In this document: positions 1 through 9,584 of the stretch, piece after piece
How positions within the stretch are numbered: the stretch's first letter is position 1
Layout of the letters: each line of letters opens with the position of its first letter
Origin: Clostridia bacterium
GTDB taxonomy: Bacteria; Bacillota; Clostridia; Christensenellales; Borkfalkiaceae
Assembly: GCA_017463105.1 (NCBI GenBank)
Contig: JAFTPU010000013.1
Location: forward strand, 25,769 to 89,768
Reading direction: 5' to 3'
DNA: 64,000 nt
Made by a program: the position numbers and the translations under genes
Notes under the pieces: model-generated
Database searches by the model: none
The model's input: only the letters and a program-made list of their open reading frames with translations
Told to the model about the DNA's origin: nothing

Positions 1-1
1 G

Positions 2-1573
2 TGGTTAAAAGACGCGTACACCGATAAGCGCGGGAGTTATATCGACGTGCGGCTTATCGCCGAGCGTGCGGAAAAGTACGGCATCGACGTGTACGTTCAG
101 TTGTACGCGCCTCATTCCAAACACCCCGACGAAGCGGACGCGCAGGAATTTTACGATAAGCTTTACGGGGAGCTGTTCGAGGTGTGTCCCAAGATCAAAG
201 GGATCACCTTGATCGGCGAAGCGAACCAATTCGCGAGCCGCGATCCCGCCGTCGGGAAAACGCCGTTCGTCGCGAATTTCGACGAGAATATCCCCACGGG
301 CAAAACGAGTCCCGGCTGGTGGCCCTGCAACGATTATCCCGAATGGGTGGCGATGGTGGCGAAGTCGATACGAAAATGCCGCGCCGACGCGGAGGTGATC
401 TTCTGCACGTATAATTGGGGCTTCGCACCCGAAAAGGAGCGTATCCGCCTGATCGAGAATTTACCCGAAAATATCAGTTTGCTTGCGACGTGGGATATGT
501 TCCATCAATATAAGCTCGGAAATTCCGTGGAAAACGTATGGGATTATACGCTTGGCTACGTCGGACCGGGCGAATATTTCACGAGCGAAGCGATCGCGGC
601 GAAAAAACGCGGGATCAAGCTGATGGCGAACAGTCAGACCTCGGGGCGCACTTGGGATTTCGGCGTGATCCCTTACGAGCCTATGCCGCAACAATGGATC
701 GAGCGTTACGAGCGTATGAAGCAAGCGCATAAAGAATGGGGGCTCGCGGGCTTGCTCGAAAATATCCACTACGGTTTCCACCCGTCCATTATCTGCGACT
801 TGGAAAAGCAAGCCTTTTTCACGGAAGTCGAGCCGCTCGAGGTCACGTTGAAAAAGCTGTTGCGCCGCGATTACGGAGATAACGCGCCGATCGTGGAAAA
901 GGCGATGAAATTATTCAGCGAGGGGATCACGCACTACGTGCCCACGAACGAGGATATGTACGGGGGATTTCGTATCGGTCCCGCCTATCCGTTGTGGTCG
1001 GGCGTCATGGAGGGCTTGCCCGCAACGATTCCCGAGCAGGGCAGAATGCCGTCGAAACCGCACGCGATGTTCGGCAACGGTATCTATTTTGCGGTATACT
1101 CTCCCGATTTGGACGGAAAAAATTCCCTTCCCGGCGTGAGGATATTCGACGAGATCGAGTCCGTGCGGAAATTGGAAGGCTTTTTGGAGGACGGCGTACG
1201 GCTTTTGGAAAGCGTGGAAACGCCCGACGACGCGATCTCGAAGCTCGTCAACCTCGCGAAATTCATGCGCAATACCTGCCGCACGGTGTTGAACGTGAAA
1301 AAACATTATATCCTCAAGCAAAAATTGAGTATCGCGGGAAATAAAGAAGCCGCCGAGGAGATCGTAAACGGCATAGAAAAACTCGTTTTGGAAGAGCGGG
1401 AAAACGTGCTGGACACCGTGCCGCTCGTGCAGGCGGATTCCCGATTGGGTTGGGAACCGAGTATGGAATATACGACGGACGAAAAGGGCTTGAATTGGAA
1501 ACTCCGTCAGCTCGATTACGAATTGACGGTGAAGCTGCCCACCTATAGGAAAGCCAATAATTTAAAGGTTTAA
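2..1573 (+). CDS. hypothetical protein, 5' end outside window (family not recognised; possibly carbohydrate-active)
   Basis: The frame is open from base 2, with no stop before the first listed Met at 47. The ORF is over 508 aa with ordinary composition and is followed by a strong hairpin terminator. I cannot name a diagnostic motif. Confidence 0.55.
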   Translation, partial: WLKDAYTDKRGSYIDVRLIAERAEKYGIDVYVQLYAPHSKHPDEADAQEFYDKLYGELFEVCPKIKGITLIGEANQFASRDPAVGKTPFVANFDENIPTGKTSPGWWPCNDYPEWVAMVAKSIRKCRADAEVIFCTYNWGFAPEKERIRLIENLPENISLLATWDMFHQYKLGNSVENVWDYTLGYVGPGEYFTSEAIAAKKRGIKLMANSQTSGRTWDFGVIPYEPMPQQWIERYERMKQAHKEWGLAGLLENIHYGFHPSIICDLEKQAFFTEVEPLEVTLKKLLRRDYGDNAPIVEKAMKLFSEGITHYVPTNEDMYGGFRIGPAYPLWSGVMEGLPATIPEQGRMPSKPHAMFGNGIYFAVYSPDLDGKNSLPGVRIFDEIESVRKLEGFLEDGVRLLESVETPDDAISKLVNLAKFMRNTCRTVLNVKKHYILKQKLSIAGNKEAAEEIVNGIEKLVLEERENVLDTVPLVQADSRLGWEPSMEYTTDEKGLNWKLRQLDYELTVKLPTYRKANNLKV

Positions 1574-1586
1574 AGGAATAACGCAA

Positions 1587-1615
1587 AAACCCCGACTTGA
1601 AACAAGTCGGGGTTT
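1587..1615. terminator. bidirectional intrinsic terminator between the convergent hypothetical CDS and rpmB
   Basis: AAACCCCGACTTG-AAA-CAAGTCGGGGTTT forms a 13-bp perfect stem. It is flanked by an A-run and a T-run, so it can terminate on both strands. Confidence 0.8.
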
Positions 1616-1633
1616 GATTACGTTTTAAGAAAA

Positions 1634-1819
1634 TCAGTCGGCTTTCTTGAGCGTTCTGATGCATCTCGCGCAAACGTAGCCGTTCGTTTCCTTACCGTCC
1701 TCGACGTAGGAAACTTTCTGTACGTTTACTTTAAAAGTTCTTCTCGTTTTACGATTGGAATGGCTGACGTTGTTGCCCGAAGCCTGACCTTTACCGCAAA
1801 TATTGCATACTCTCGACAT
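1634..1819 (-). CDS. rpmB: 50S ribosomal protein bL28
   Basis: 61-aa [14 protein letters not shown]...[19 protein letters not shown]. Size and sequence are typical of bL28. Confidence 0.95.
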   Translation of the reverse strand: MSRVCNICGKGQASGNNVSHSNRKTRRTFKVNVQKVSYVEDGKETNGYVCARCIRTLKKAD

Positions 1820-2050
1820 ATTGACACCTCCGTTGGGGTAATTTTACCTTGGTTTTTTGAATTTTTGCTTATTTTCCGCTTGCGAAAAGCCGCGCCTATC
1901 AAAACAAGCACTAATAATATAACATTTCCGAAAAGAAAAATCAATCAAAAACGGGGGCAAAAAAACAAAAAATAAAAAATATTCGGAAAATTTTGAAAAA
2001 AGACTTGCCAAACGGAATCAAATAGTGTAAAATGAAAGAGTACTTGGAGA

Positions 2051-2407
2051 ATGATTATGTCAGTAAACACCAACAATGCGTACGGCAAAATATCGATTTC
2101 CGACCTTGCGATCGCCAAGGTTGCGTCGCATACCGCGATGGAAGCTTACGGCATCGTGGAGATGGTTTCGCGCCGTTTTACCGATAGTCTGGCTTTACTT
2201 ATGAAGAAAGAAGGCGGAGGCAGAGGCATTAAAGTGACTACCTCCGGCAACAGAATTTATATCGACGTGTACGTTATCATCAAGTACGGCGTTTCCATCA
2301 ACGCCGTAGCGGAATCGCTTAAAGAAGCGATCAAATACAAAGTGGAGTCTTTCACGGGTATGATCGTTGCCACCGTCAACGTGAACGTGATCGGCGTAAA
2401 GCTGTAA
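2051..2407 (+). CDS. Asp23/Gls24-family (alkaline shock) protein
   Basis: 118 aa with an Asp23-like pattern (ISDLAIAKVASHTAMEAYGIVEM...). It sits in the conserved Firmicutes synteny directly upstream of the DAK2/YloV protein and recG. Confidence 0.8.
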   Translation: MIMSVNTNNAYGKISISDLAIAKVASHTAMEAYGIVEMVSRRFTDSLALLMKKEGGGRGIKVTTSGNRIYIDVYVIIKYGVSINAVAESLKEAIKYKVESFTGMIVATVNVNVIGVKL

Positions 2408-2416
2408 CTTATTTTA

Positions 2417-2448
2417 AAGCGCAGCCGTTCTCGGCATTGCGCTTTTTT
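2417..2448 (+). terminator. hairpin plus T-run after the asp23-like gene (terminator or attenuator)
   Basis: AAGCGCA GCCG-TTCT-CGGC AT TGCGCTT followed by TTTTT. Confidence 0.6.
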
Positions 2449-2581
2449 GCGTACGGAGAAGCTTTATATACATTATAATATAAATCCAAGGGCTTTTCTC
2501 CATATCCGTCCCGCCGCCGCAGGGGATAAAGGCGGCAACGACGGCAGATCTTACTAAATTGAATTTAAGGAGCATTTCACA

Positions 2582-4222
2582 ATGCATAAAACGATAAACA
2601 GCACCGAATTCCGTAAAATGATTTTGGTCGGCGCAAAGCAACTTGAAATCAACCGCGCAAAGGTAGACGCGCTTAACGTATTCCCCGTGCCCGACGGCGA
2701 TACGGGTACGAATATGTCGCTCACCATGCAATCGGCGGTGAGAGAGCTTACCGCTTGCCAATCGGGCGTATTTTCCGAGGTTTGCAACAGCATTTCCAAG
2801 GGCGCGTTGAAAGGTGCGCGAGGAAATTCGGGCGTTATTTTGTCTCAGATATTGAAAGGGATTTGCTCCGTGCTCGGCAAATGCGAAAAGGAAGCGGATA
2901 CCAAAACGTTCGCCAAGGCGATGGAGCAGGGCACGAAGGTCGCATACGGCGCCGTTTCCGTACCCAAAGAAGGTACGATCCTTACCGTTATCCGCATGAT
3001 GAGCGAACACGCGGTGAAGATCGCGGGCAAGAAGAAGAACTTCGAGGATTTCTTCAAGGACGTGATCGAAGAGGGCGAAAAGGCGCTTGCGCTTACTCCT
3101 CAGCTTCTTCCCGTACTGAAAAAAGCGGGCGTCGTGGACTCGGGCGGCGTCGGTCTTATGACTATTATCAAGGGTTTTGCGTCCGAGCTTACGGGCGAGG
3201 AGATACCCGACAGCATTACGGAAACGGAGCCTTCGGACAGCGGCGATTTCGGCGATAATTCGGATATCATCAACATGGATCTGGGCGAGATCGAATTTGC
3301 GTATTGTACCGAATTCTTCATTATCAATATGAAGAAGAGCACCACGCTTTCGGCGATCGACCGTTTACGCGAGAAGCTGATGACGATCGGCGACAGCGTT
3401 ATCTGTATCGGCGATCTGGAGCTCGTCAAGGTGCACGTGCACACCAATCAACCGGGCAAAGCGCTTACTTACGCACTCGAGCTGGGCGAGCTGGACAGAC
3501 CGAAGATCGAGAATATGCTCGAACAGAACCGTCAGCTCAAAGCGAAAATGGAAGCGGAAAAGAAGGAAATGGGCATGCTCGCTATCTGTACGGGCACGGG
3601 TCTTTCCGATATCTTCAAGGATCTGCTCGTCGATCGCATCATCGAGGGCGGACAGACGATGAACCCCAGCGCGAGCGATATCGCGACGGCGGCACAGAAG
3701 ATCAATGCGGAACATATTTTCGTGTTCCCCAACAATAAAAATATTATTTTGGCGGCGGAACAGGCGAAAAATCTCGTCGAGAACAAGACGATCCACGTTA
3801 TTCCCACCAAAAACGTACCGCAGGGCTTTGCGGCGGCGCTCGAGTTCAATCCCGAGGTGAGTGCGGAAGAGAACAAGACGAACATGATCCACGCGCTCGA
3901 TAACGTCAAGGCGGGACAGGTCACGTACGCGGTGCGCAACACGTCGCTTAACGGCTTCTCTATCAAAGAGGGGGATATCATCGGTCTCGACGATAAGAAG
4001 ATCCTTGCGAAATCCCATTCGATCGAGGAAACGGTCGTGAAGCTCATCGGCAGAATGAAGGAAGATTTCCACCAAATGATCACGCTTTACTACGGCGAGG
4101 ACGTGAAGGAAGAGGAAGCGGAGGCGCTTTGCGCGTCGATCGCGGAAAAATATCCCGATTGCGACGTGGATTTCCATAACGGCGGTCAGTCGGTATACTA
4201 TTATATCCTCTCGTTGGAGTGA
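2582..4222 (+). CDS. DAK2 domain-containing protein (YloV-like)
   Basis: 546 aa with an N-terminal Dak2-type motif FPVPDGDTGTNM. Length and position upstream of recG match YloV-type proteins. Confidence 0.85.
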   Translation: MHKTINSTEFRKMILVGAKQLEINRAKVDALNVFPVPDGDTGTNMSLTMQSAVRELTACQSGVFSEVCNSISKGALKGARGNSGVILSQILKGICSVLGKCEKEADTKTFAKAMEQGTKVAYGAVSVPKEGTILTVIRMMSEHAVKIAGKKKNFEDFFKDVIEEGEKALALTPQLLPVLKKAGVVDSGGVGLMTIIKGFASELTGEEIPDSITETEPSDSGDFGDNSDIINMDLGEIEFAYCTEFFIINMKKSTTLSAIDRLREKLMTIGDSVICIGDLELVKVHVHTNQPGKALTYALELGELDRPKIENMLEQNRQLKAKMEAEKKEMGMLAICTGTGLSDIFKDLLVDRIIEGGQTMNPSASDIATAAQKINAEHIFVFPNNKNIILAAEQAKNLVENKTIHVIPTKNVPQGFAAALEFNPEVSAEENKTNMIHALDNVKAGQVTYAVRNTSLNGFSIKEGDIIGLDDKKILAKSHSIEETVVKLIGRMKEDFHQMITLYYGEDVKEEEAEALCASIAEKYPDCDVDFHNGGQSVYYYILSLE

Positions 4223-4320
4223 TGGAAAAGAGTGAATAAACGTATAATTATACAAAAATAAGCGAATAATGAAGGCGACGGGGCGGGAAGTCTTGTCGCC
4301 GTCGTTTTTAAGGGTATTTT

Positions 4321-6327
4321 ATGAGGCTTTCTTTGCTCCGTTCGATCGGGGAAAAACGCGAAAAGGATTTTAATAAGCTGGGGATCTACGAGGCGGAGGA
4401 CCTCGTAAGGTTTTATCCGCGCGCGTATCTCGATCTTACCGAAAGAGCGTCGCTGAGAAACGCCTATCACAACGACGTCGTGCTTGTCGCTTGCGAGGTC
4501 ACGCGGCTTGCGCCCGTCAATTTCGCTTCGCCGCGAAAAATGGTGCGGGCGTTCTGTTCGCAGGACGGTTTGCCTTTTTCCGCGATTTGGTTCAATCAAC
4601 CGTACGTGGCGCAAAAGCTCAAGCCGGGCGAGTATCTTTTTTACGGTCGTATCCAAAACAAATTCGGACAGATCTCGATCGTCAATCCCACGTTCGAGCC
4701 GCTCGATAAAAACTACCGTTTGAAGGGCATCGTGCCCGTGTATCCGCTCAAAGGCAAGCTCAGCCAAAAGATCGTCCGCGACGCCGTAAAAGAGGCGTTG
4801 CAGCGGGTAAATTTAAACGGCGTGATCCCGTATCCGATTATAAAAAAATACGATTTGCCGCCTTTGGATAAATCGTATTTTCAAGTGCATAATCCCTCCG
4901 ATCACAACGTGCTCGAAAAAGCGTCCGAGCGTATCGCGCTCGAGGAATATTTTATCCTCATTTCCGCTTTCAAGCTCATCAAGGGCGGCAAAGAGGAGGT
5001 CCGTATCAAACGCTACGGCGTAACGGCGGGCGAGGTGAAGGAATTTGCCTCCCGCTTTGGTTTCGAACTCACCGACGGACAGAAAAACGCCGTCAACGAG
5101 ATATTCGAAAGCCTCCACGCGCCCACGCGTATGAACAGACTCGTGCAGGGCGACGTAGGCAGCGGTAAAACGGCGGTCGCGCTGTGCGGTATTTTTATGG
5201 CGGTAAAGAGCGGGTATACGGCGGCGTATCTTTCGCCTACCGAAGTGCTTGCCGCACAGAATTACAACGTACTGAAAAAACACTTTCCCGACTACGAGGT
5301 GGGATACCTTGCGGGCGGTATGACCGCCAAGGAAAAGCGGGAACTGAAAGTCCGTCTGAAAAACGGGGAGATCGATATCCTTTGCGGTACGCACGCCATT
5401 TTGCAAGGCGACGTGGAAATTCCCCGCCTGTCCTTTATCGTATGCGACGAACAGCACCGCTTCGGCGTAGCGCAAAGAAACGCGCTCGCGGAAAAAGGCG
5501 TGGGGGCGGATATGCTCGTTATGAGCGCGACGCCTATTCCGCGCACCCTTTCGCTGATTTTTTACGGCGATCTGGAAGTCACCTCCATTCACGACAAGCC
5601 CAAGCAAAGGCAGGAGGTCACGACGTCGATCATTCCCGAAAGCAAGTACGACGATATGCTCGAGTACGTGAGAAAAGAAACGCAAGCGGGTAAACAGGCG
5701 TATTTCGTATGCGCGAAGATCGACGACGATGAGGAAGGCTCGATCATCAGCGTGAACGAGCTTTTCGACGAGCTGAAAAACCGTTTGCCGACCGTGCGCT
5801 TCGGCTTGTTGCACGGCAGAATGAAGGACAAAGAGAAAGCGGAAGTGATGACGGCGTTCAAAAACCGCGAGTACGATTGCTTGGTTTCGACGACCGTGAT
5901 CGAGGTGGGGGTCGACGTGCCCAACGCCACCATTATGATCGTCTACAATGCCGAACGGTTCGGGCTTTCCCAGCTTCACCAGCTTCGCGGTCGGGTAGGG
6001 CGCGGCGCGGATAAGAGCTACTGTTTTCTGCTTATGGGTGCGGACGGCGAAGTCGCGCGCGAGCGCTTGACGACGCTTAAAAACAATACGGACGGGTTCA
6101 AGATCGCGGAAAAGGACCTCGAAATGCGGGGCGGGGGAGACTTCTTCGGCACGCGGCAATCGGGAAAATTGCTCGGCGATATCAAAAATCTGCGCTATCC
6201 CACGCAGGTGGTTTTTGCCGCGAAGAAGCTTTCGGACGAAACGTTCGAGGGGAGATTCGACGACGAGGAGCTGCGCGCGGCGGCGTTGAAGAAGTACGAC
6301 AGCCTGAAAGACGTGGTGCTGAATTGA
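4321..6327 (+). CDS. recG: ATP-dependent DNA helicase RecG
   Basis: 668 aa. It has Walker A GDVGSGKT, the DEQH box (VCDEQHRFG) and helicase motif VI QLRGRVGRG. The N-terminal wedge-like region is typical of RecG. Confidence 0.95.
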   Translation: MRLSLLRSIGEKREKDFNKLGIYEAEDLVRFYPRAYLDLTERASLRNAYHNDVVLVACEVTRLAPVNFASPRKMVRAFCSQDGLPFSAIWFNQPYVAQKLKPGEYLFYGRIQNKFGQISIVNPTFEPLDKNYRLKGIVPVYPLKGKLSQKIVRDAVKEALQRVNLNGVIPYPIIKKYDLPPLDKSYFQVHNPSDHNVLEKASERIALEEYFILISAFKLIKGGKEEVRIKRYGVTAGEVKEFASRFGFELTDGQKNAVNEIFESLHAPTRMNRLVQGDVGSGKTAVALCGIFMAVKSGYTAAYLSPTEVLAAQNYNVLKKHFPDYEVGYLAGGMTAKEKRELKVRLKNGEIDILCGTHAILQGDVEIPRLSFIVCDEQHRFGVAQRNALAEKGVGADMLVMSATPIPRTLSLIFYGDLEVTSIHDKPKQRQEVTTSIIPESKYDDMLEYVRKETQAGKQAYFVCAKIDDDEEGSIISVNELFDELKNRLPTVRFGLLHGRMKDKEKAEVMTAFKNREYDCLVSTTVIEVGVDVPNATIMIVYNAERFGLSQLHQLRGRVGRGADKSYCFLLMGADGEVARERLTTLKNNTDGFKIAEKDLEMRGGGDFFGTRQSGKLLGDIKNLRYPTQVVFAAKKLSDETFEGRFDDEELRAAALKKYDSLKDVVLN

Positions 6328-6387
6328 CGGATTGCATAAAAAATAATGAAAAGTAGAAGAAATTGTAAAAAAAATTCTCACACGCTA

Positions 6388-6416
6388 TTGACGAATGAGA
6401 AAATTTGGTGTATAAT
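6388..6416 (+). promoter_or_regulatory. sigma-70-type promoter upstream of the hisIE-like gene
   Basis: TTGACG (6388-6393), a 17-nt spacer, then TATAAT (6411-6416), about 30 nt upstream of the ATG. Confidence 0.6.
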
Positions 6417-6448
6417 AAAATCAGCGGAATGCAAACGGAGGTGCGTAT

Positions 6449-7087
6449 ATGGCTACAATGAAAGACAAGTGGAACGTCGGCGAACTGAAATTCGATGAGA
6501 ACGGGTTGATACCCGTGATCGCGCAGGACTACGAAAGCGGCGAGGTGTTGTTGCTTGCGTATATGAACGAGGAAGCGGCGAAAAAGACGGTGGAGACGGG
6601 CTATACGCATTATTACGACGTGGAACAGAAGGTGGTGGACACCTTCGGCGCGTCGCTCGGCAATACGCAGAAAGTCAAGGCGGCGTTTCTCGAAAACGGC
6701 GGCAAAGCTTTGCTTTTGAAGGTGCAACAAAACGGCAACGCCGATCCCGAGGACAAGTCCTTTTCCTGTTTTACGGAACAGATCAAGGGCGATTATAAGG
6801 ATATCGGCGGCGAAATGTTCGGCAGATTACAGCGTATCGTCGGCGAATATAAAAAGAACCCCGAGGACGGCGGCTACACCAGCTTCCTGTTCGCCCGCGG
6901 GGTGGACCGTATCGGCAAAAAGGTGGGCGAGGAAGCGGTCGAGTTTGTGATCGCGTCCAAAAATCCCGAAAAGGAAGGGGTCGTCAACGAGGCGGCGGAT
7001 CTTCTCTATCATGTAATGGTGCTTTTAAGCGCCCGCGGCGTCAAGCTTTCCGAGGTTTGCGCGGAGCTTTGCAAACGGAACAGATAA
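6449..7087 (+). CDS. HisI-like/HisE fusion: intact phosphoribosyl-ATP pyrophosphatase (HisE) domain with a degenerate PRA-cyclohydrolase-like N-domain
   Basis: The C-terminal half matches the HisE/MazG pattern (YTSFLF..G.DRIGKKVGEEAVEFVIA...EAADLLYHVMVLL). The N-terminal half aligns to HisI (GLIPVIAQDYESGEVLLLAYMNEEA...SCF) but lacks the SRSR/KGETSG and DCD/ACH metal-site motifs. Confidence 0.7.
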   Translation: MATMKDKWNVGELKFDENGLIPVIAQDYESGEVLLLAYMNEEAAKKTVETGYTHYYDVEQKVVDTFGASLGNTQKVKAAFLENGGKALLLKVQQNGNADPEDKSFSCFTEQIKGDYKDIGGEMFGRLQRIVGEYKKNPEDGGYTSFLFARGVDRIGKKVGEEAVEFVIASKNPEKEGVVNEAADLLYHVMVLLSARGVKLSEVCAELCKRNR

Positions 7088-7139
7088 GCCTACATAATAA
7101 ATGAAACGGCTTGGGGATTTTCCCGAGCCGTGTTTTGCG

Positions 7140-7436
7140 TCAGATCTCGTAATCGAGGGAAAGCCGCGCTTGCATACAGGGGCGGACGAGTCCGTCCGCG
7201 ATCTCCACGTGCAGAGGGTGTTTTTGATAGACCTGCAACGCTTCCGCGCTTTCAAACAGAGAATCCATCATGATATCGCCCGAAGAGGAGGGGAGCTTTT
7301 CCGTGAGAATATGCATCTCCTTCAAGCCCTCTATTTTTCCGACAAGCCCTTCGAGGGCGGTTTTTATTTGCGATGCCCGTGCGGGCTTGTCCGTGATCTC
7401 GTCTTTGAATTTCCATACGATCATATGCTTTACCAT
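7140..7436 (-). CDS. Dabb (stress-responsive A/B barrel) family protein
   Basis: 98 aa. It starts MVKHMIVWKFKD... and ends ...HPLHVEI...SLDYEI, with the size typical of Dabb domains. Confidence 0.75.
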   Translation of the reverse strand: MVKHMIVWKFKDEITDKPARASQIKTALEGLVGKIEGLKEMHILTEKLPSSSGDIMMDSLFESAEALQVYQKHPLHVEIADGLVRPCMQARLSLDYEI

Positions 7437-7623
7437 AATCTTTCTCCTTGCTTTTACGATAGCAACAGTATAGCATTATTTTTCCGCATTGTCAATCCGT
7501 GACGGAAAGTTTGTCAAAACTTCTCAAAAAACACATGAAACCGACAAAATCCGCGTTTATAATTATGCTATGATTTTCCATGCTGAATTTGCGGCAAAAT
7601 ATTTGGCGGGAGCGGAACGGAGT

Positions 7624-8394
7624 ATGGCGCGGAAGATCGTCGTGACGAGCGGAAAGGGCGGCGTGGGGAAAACCACGGTGGCTGCCTTTTTGTCCGCGCA
7701 GCTCGCCCGCCGCGGGCAGAGGGTGATACTCTGCGACGCCGATTTCGGGCTGAATAACGTCGACGTCGTAACGGGCGTGGAAAATCTCGTTACTTACGAC
7801 GTGGTGGACGCGATCGAGGGCAGGTGCCGTGCCAAACAGGCGCTTGTCCGTCATCCCGATTTCGCCAATCTGTACATACTTACAAGCAGTCATTCCGCGC
7901 CCGAACGGTACGTTTCCCCGCAATCGTTGCGGCTCGTGATCGACGCGCTCGCGCCGCAGTTCGATTTCGTGTTTATCGATTGCCCTGCGGGGATAGACGA
8001 CGGGTTTCACCGCGCGGTGGCTTGCGCGGAGGAGGCGATCGTCGTGACGACCCCGCACGTTTCCGCGATTCGCGACGCGGACAAGGTGATCACGCTTTTG
8101 AAAAGCTACGAATTCGAGAACGTTTCCGTAGTGGTGAACAAGCTTCGGGGCGATCTTTTGGTGGCGGGGGAAAGTCTTTCTCCGCCCGAGATATCCGAGC
8201 TTTTAAAGAGTCGTTTACTGGGCGTTTTGCCCGAGGAATACGGCATTTTCGGCGGGGAGCTGTCCGATATTCATCCCGCGTTTAAAATGCTGGCGGGCAA
8301 CCTGCTTTCGGGCAAGCGGAAGCTGTACGACGTGACGAAAAAATATTCGGGCGTGCTCGGCGGGATACGCCGATTTCTGAAAAAGAGTTTGTAA
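7624..8394 (+). CDS. minD: septum site-determining ATPase MinD
   Basis: It has the deviant Walker A SGKGGVGKTT, a CDADFGLNNVD region and a C-terminal amphipathic helix GGIRRFLKKSL. I moved the start from the listed 7489 to ATG 7624, which is preceded by GGAG. Confidence 0.9.
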   Translation: MARKIVVTSGKGGVGKTTVAAFLSAQLARRGQRVILCDADFGLNNVDVVTGVENLVTYDVVDAIEGRCRAKQALVRHPDFANLYILTSSHSAPERYVSPQSLRLVIDALAPQFDFVFIDCPAGIDDGFHRAVACAEEAIVVTTPHVSAIRDADKVITLLKSYEFENVSVVVNKLRGDLLVAGESLSPPEISELLKSRLLGVLPEEYGIFGGELSDIHPAFKMLAGNLLSGKRKLYDVTKKYSGVLGGIRRFLKKSL

Positions 8395-8403
8395 GGAAAA
8401 AAT

Positions 8404-8637
8404 ATGCGGAAGGTAACGGACGAATTCAAACGGATAAACAACGTGATACAGGCGGATAAATCGGTGATGAGCGAGGGATGCAAAGCCCTTGTCTTGCAGG
8501 ATTTCGCCGAAAAATTCAACGAATATTTCGATCTCGTGGGGTTGCCCCGCATGGAGCTAACGTGTAAAAACGGCACGTATTTCGTGTCGGTGGCGTTCGA
8601 GGCGGAACGCATAAAGAAATTTAACGTATTAAAATAA
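8404..8637 (+). CDS. small MinE-like protein (atypical)
   Basis: 77 aa located 9 nt after minD. The C-terminal half resembles the MinE topological-specificity domain pattern. The N-terminus lacks the usual KERL MinD-binding motif. Confidence 0.4.
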   Translation: MRKVTDEFKRINNVIQADKSVMSEGCKALVLQDFAEKFNEYFDLVGLPRMELTCKNGTYFVSVAFEAERIKKFNVLK

Positions 8638-8651
8638 CGGAGAGAAAATTT

Positions 8652-9524
8652 ATGAACAGGACGTTCGATATCATTATCGATTCGGGCTGCGATATGCCCG
8701 AGGAATATCTTGAAAAGCACGGCGTTACGTGCGTAAAGCTCGGGTTTACCATGAACAACGTAAATTACGAGGGCGAGGGCGGCGAGCATATTTCCGAGAA
8801 GGAATTTTACGAGAAGCTTCGTCGCGGCGCCATGCCGACTACCTATCAGGTGACGGGCGAAGCGGCGAAAAAATATATGAGCGAAAGTCTCGAAAACGGA
8901 CGGGACGTGCTCGTGATCGCTTTTTCCTCCGCACTGTCGGGCACGGCGGGCAGCTTCTTCGTCGCCGCGCGGGAGCTTGCGAAAAAGTATAAACACAGAA
9001 AGATCCGCGTGGTGGATTCCCTCTGCGCCTCGATGGGCGAAGGCTTGCTTCTCGATTACGCGATACGCAAAGCGGAGTCGGGCGCGACGCTTGACGAAAC
9101 GGCAGATTACGCCGAGGAACTGAAAGGGCATATTTGTCACCATTTTACCGTGGACAACCTCTTTCATTTGAAACGGGGCGGACGGGTGACTGCCGCCACT
9201 GCGATCGTCGGGTCGATCCTCAAGATCAAACCGATCATGCACGTAAACGACGAGGGAAAGCTGGTGGCGATCGGGAAAGCGGTGGGTAGGAAGAAATCGC
9301 TGAAAACGCTTGTCGAGCGGGTTTTCGAAACGAAGGATATCGGCGAGGACGATCCCGTATTTATCAGTCACGGCGATTGCATGGAGGACGTCGAATACGT
9401 GATATCGTTGATACGCGAAAAGCTTCCGCACGTGCGGATCGAGGTCAATTACGTGGGCACGGTGATCGGCACGCATGCGGGTTGCGGTACGGTCGCGATC
9501 TTCCATAAGGGCTTGCATAGATAA
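8652..9524 (+). CDS. DegV-family fatty-acid-binding protein
   Basis: 290 aa with a DegV pattern (IIDSGCDMP..., SSALSGTAGS, GTHAG near the C-terminus). Confidence 0.9.
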   Translation: MNRTFDIIIDSGCDMPEEYLEKHGVTCVKLGFTMNNVNYEGEGGEHISEKEFYEKLRRGAMPTTYQVTGEAAKKYMSESLENGRDVLVIAFSSALSGTAGSFFVAARELAKKYKHRKIRVVDSLCASMGEGLLLDYAIRKAESGATLDETADYAEELKGHICHHFTVDNLFHLKRGGRVTAATAIVGSILKIKPIMHVNDEGKLVAIGKAVGRKKSLKTLVERVFETKDIGEDDPVFISHGDCMEDVEYVISLIREKLPHVRIEVNYVGTVIGTHAGCGTVAIFHKGLHR

Positions 9525-9584
9525 AAAGCGAAAAAACGGCGGTTCGGTTTTTTACCGACCCGCCGCTTGCATTTTTATATCGTT

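Noticed and set aside
4813-6381. Long antisense ORFs opposite well-supported genes. Examples are 4813-6381(-), 54469-57750(-), 8271-9518(-), 12255-13373(-), 18563-19735(-), 41544-42959(-), 3365-4255(-) and 58378-58983(-).
   Set aside because: They lie exactly opposite genes with strong family signatures (recG, secA, degV, metH, argJ and others). Their translations are Arg/His/Leu-rich low-complexity sequence, as expected for shadow ORFs in GC-rich coding DNA, and they have no motifs or RBS.
7489-7623. The upstream 45-codon extension of minD, as listed (start 7489).
   Set aside because: The extension has no MinD homology and covers the probable promoter region. ATG 7624 has a GGAG RBS and gives the canonical N-terminus MARKIVVTSGKGGVGKT.
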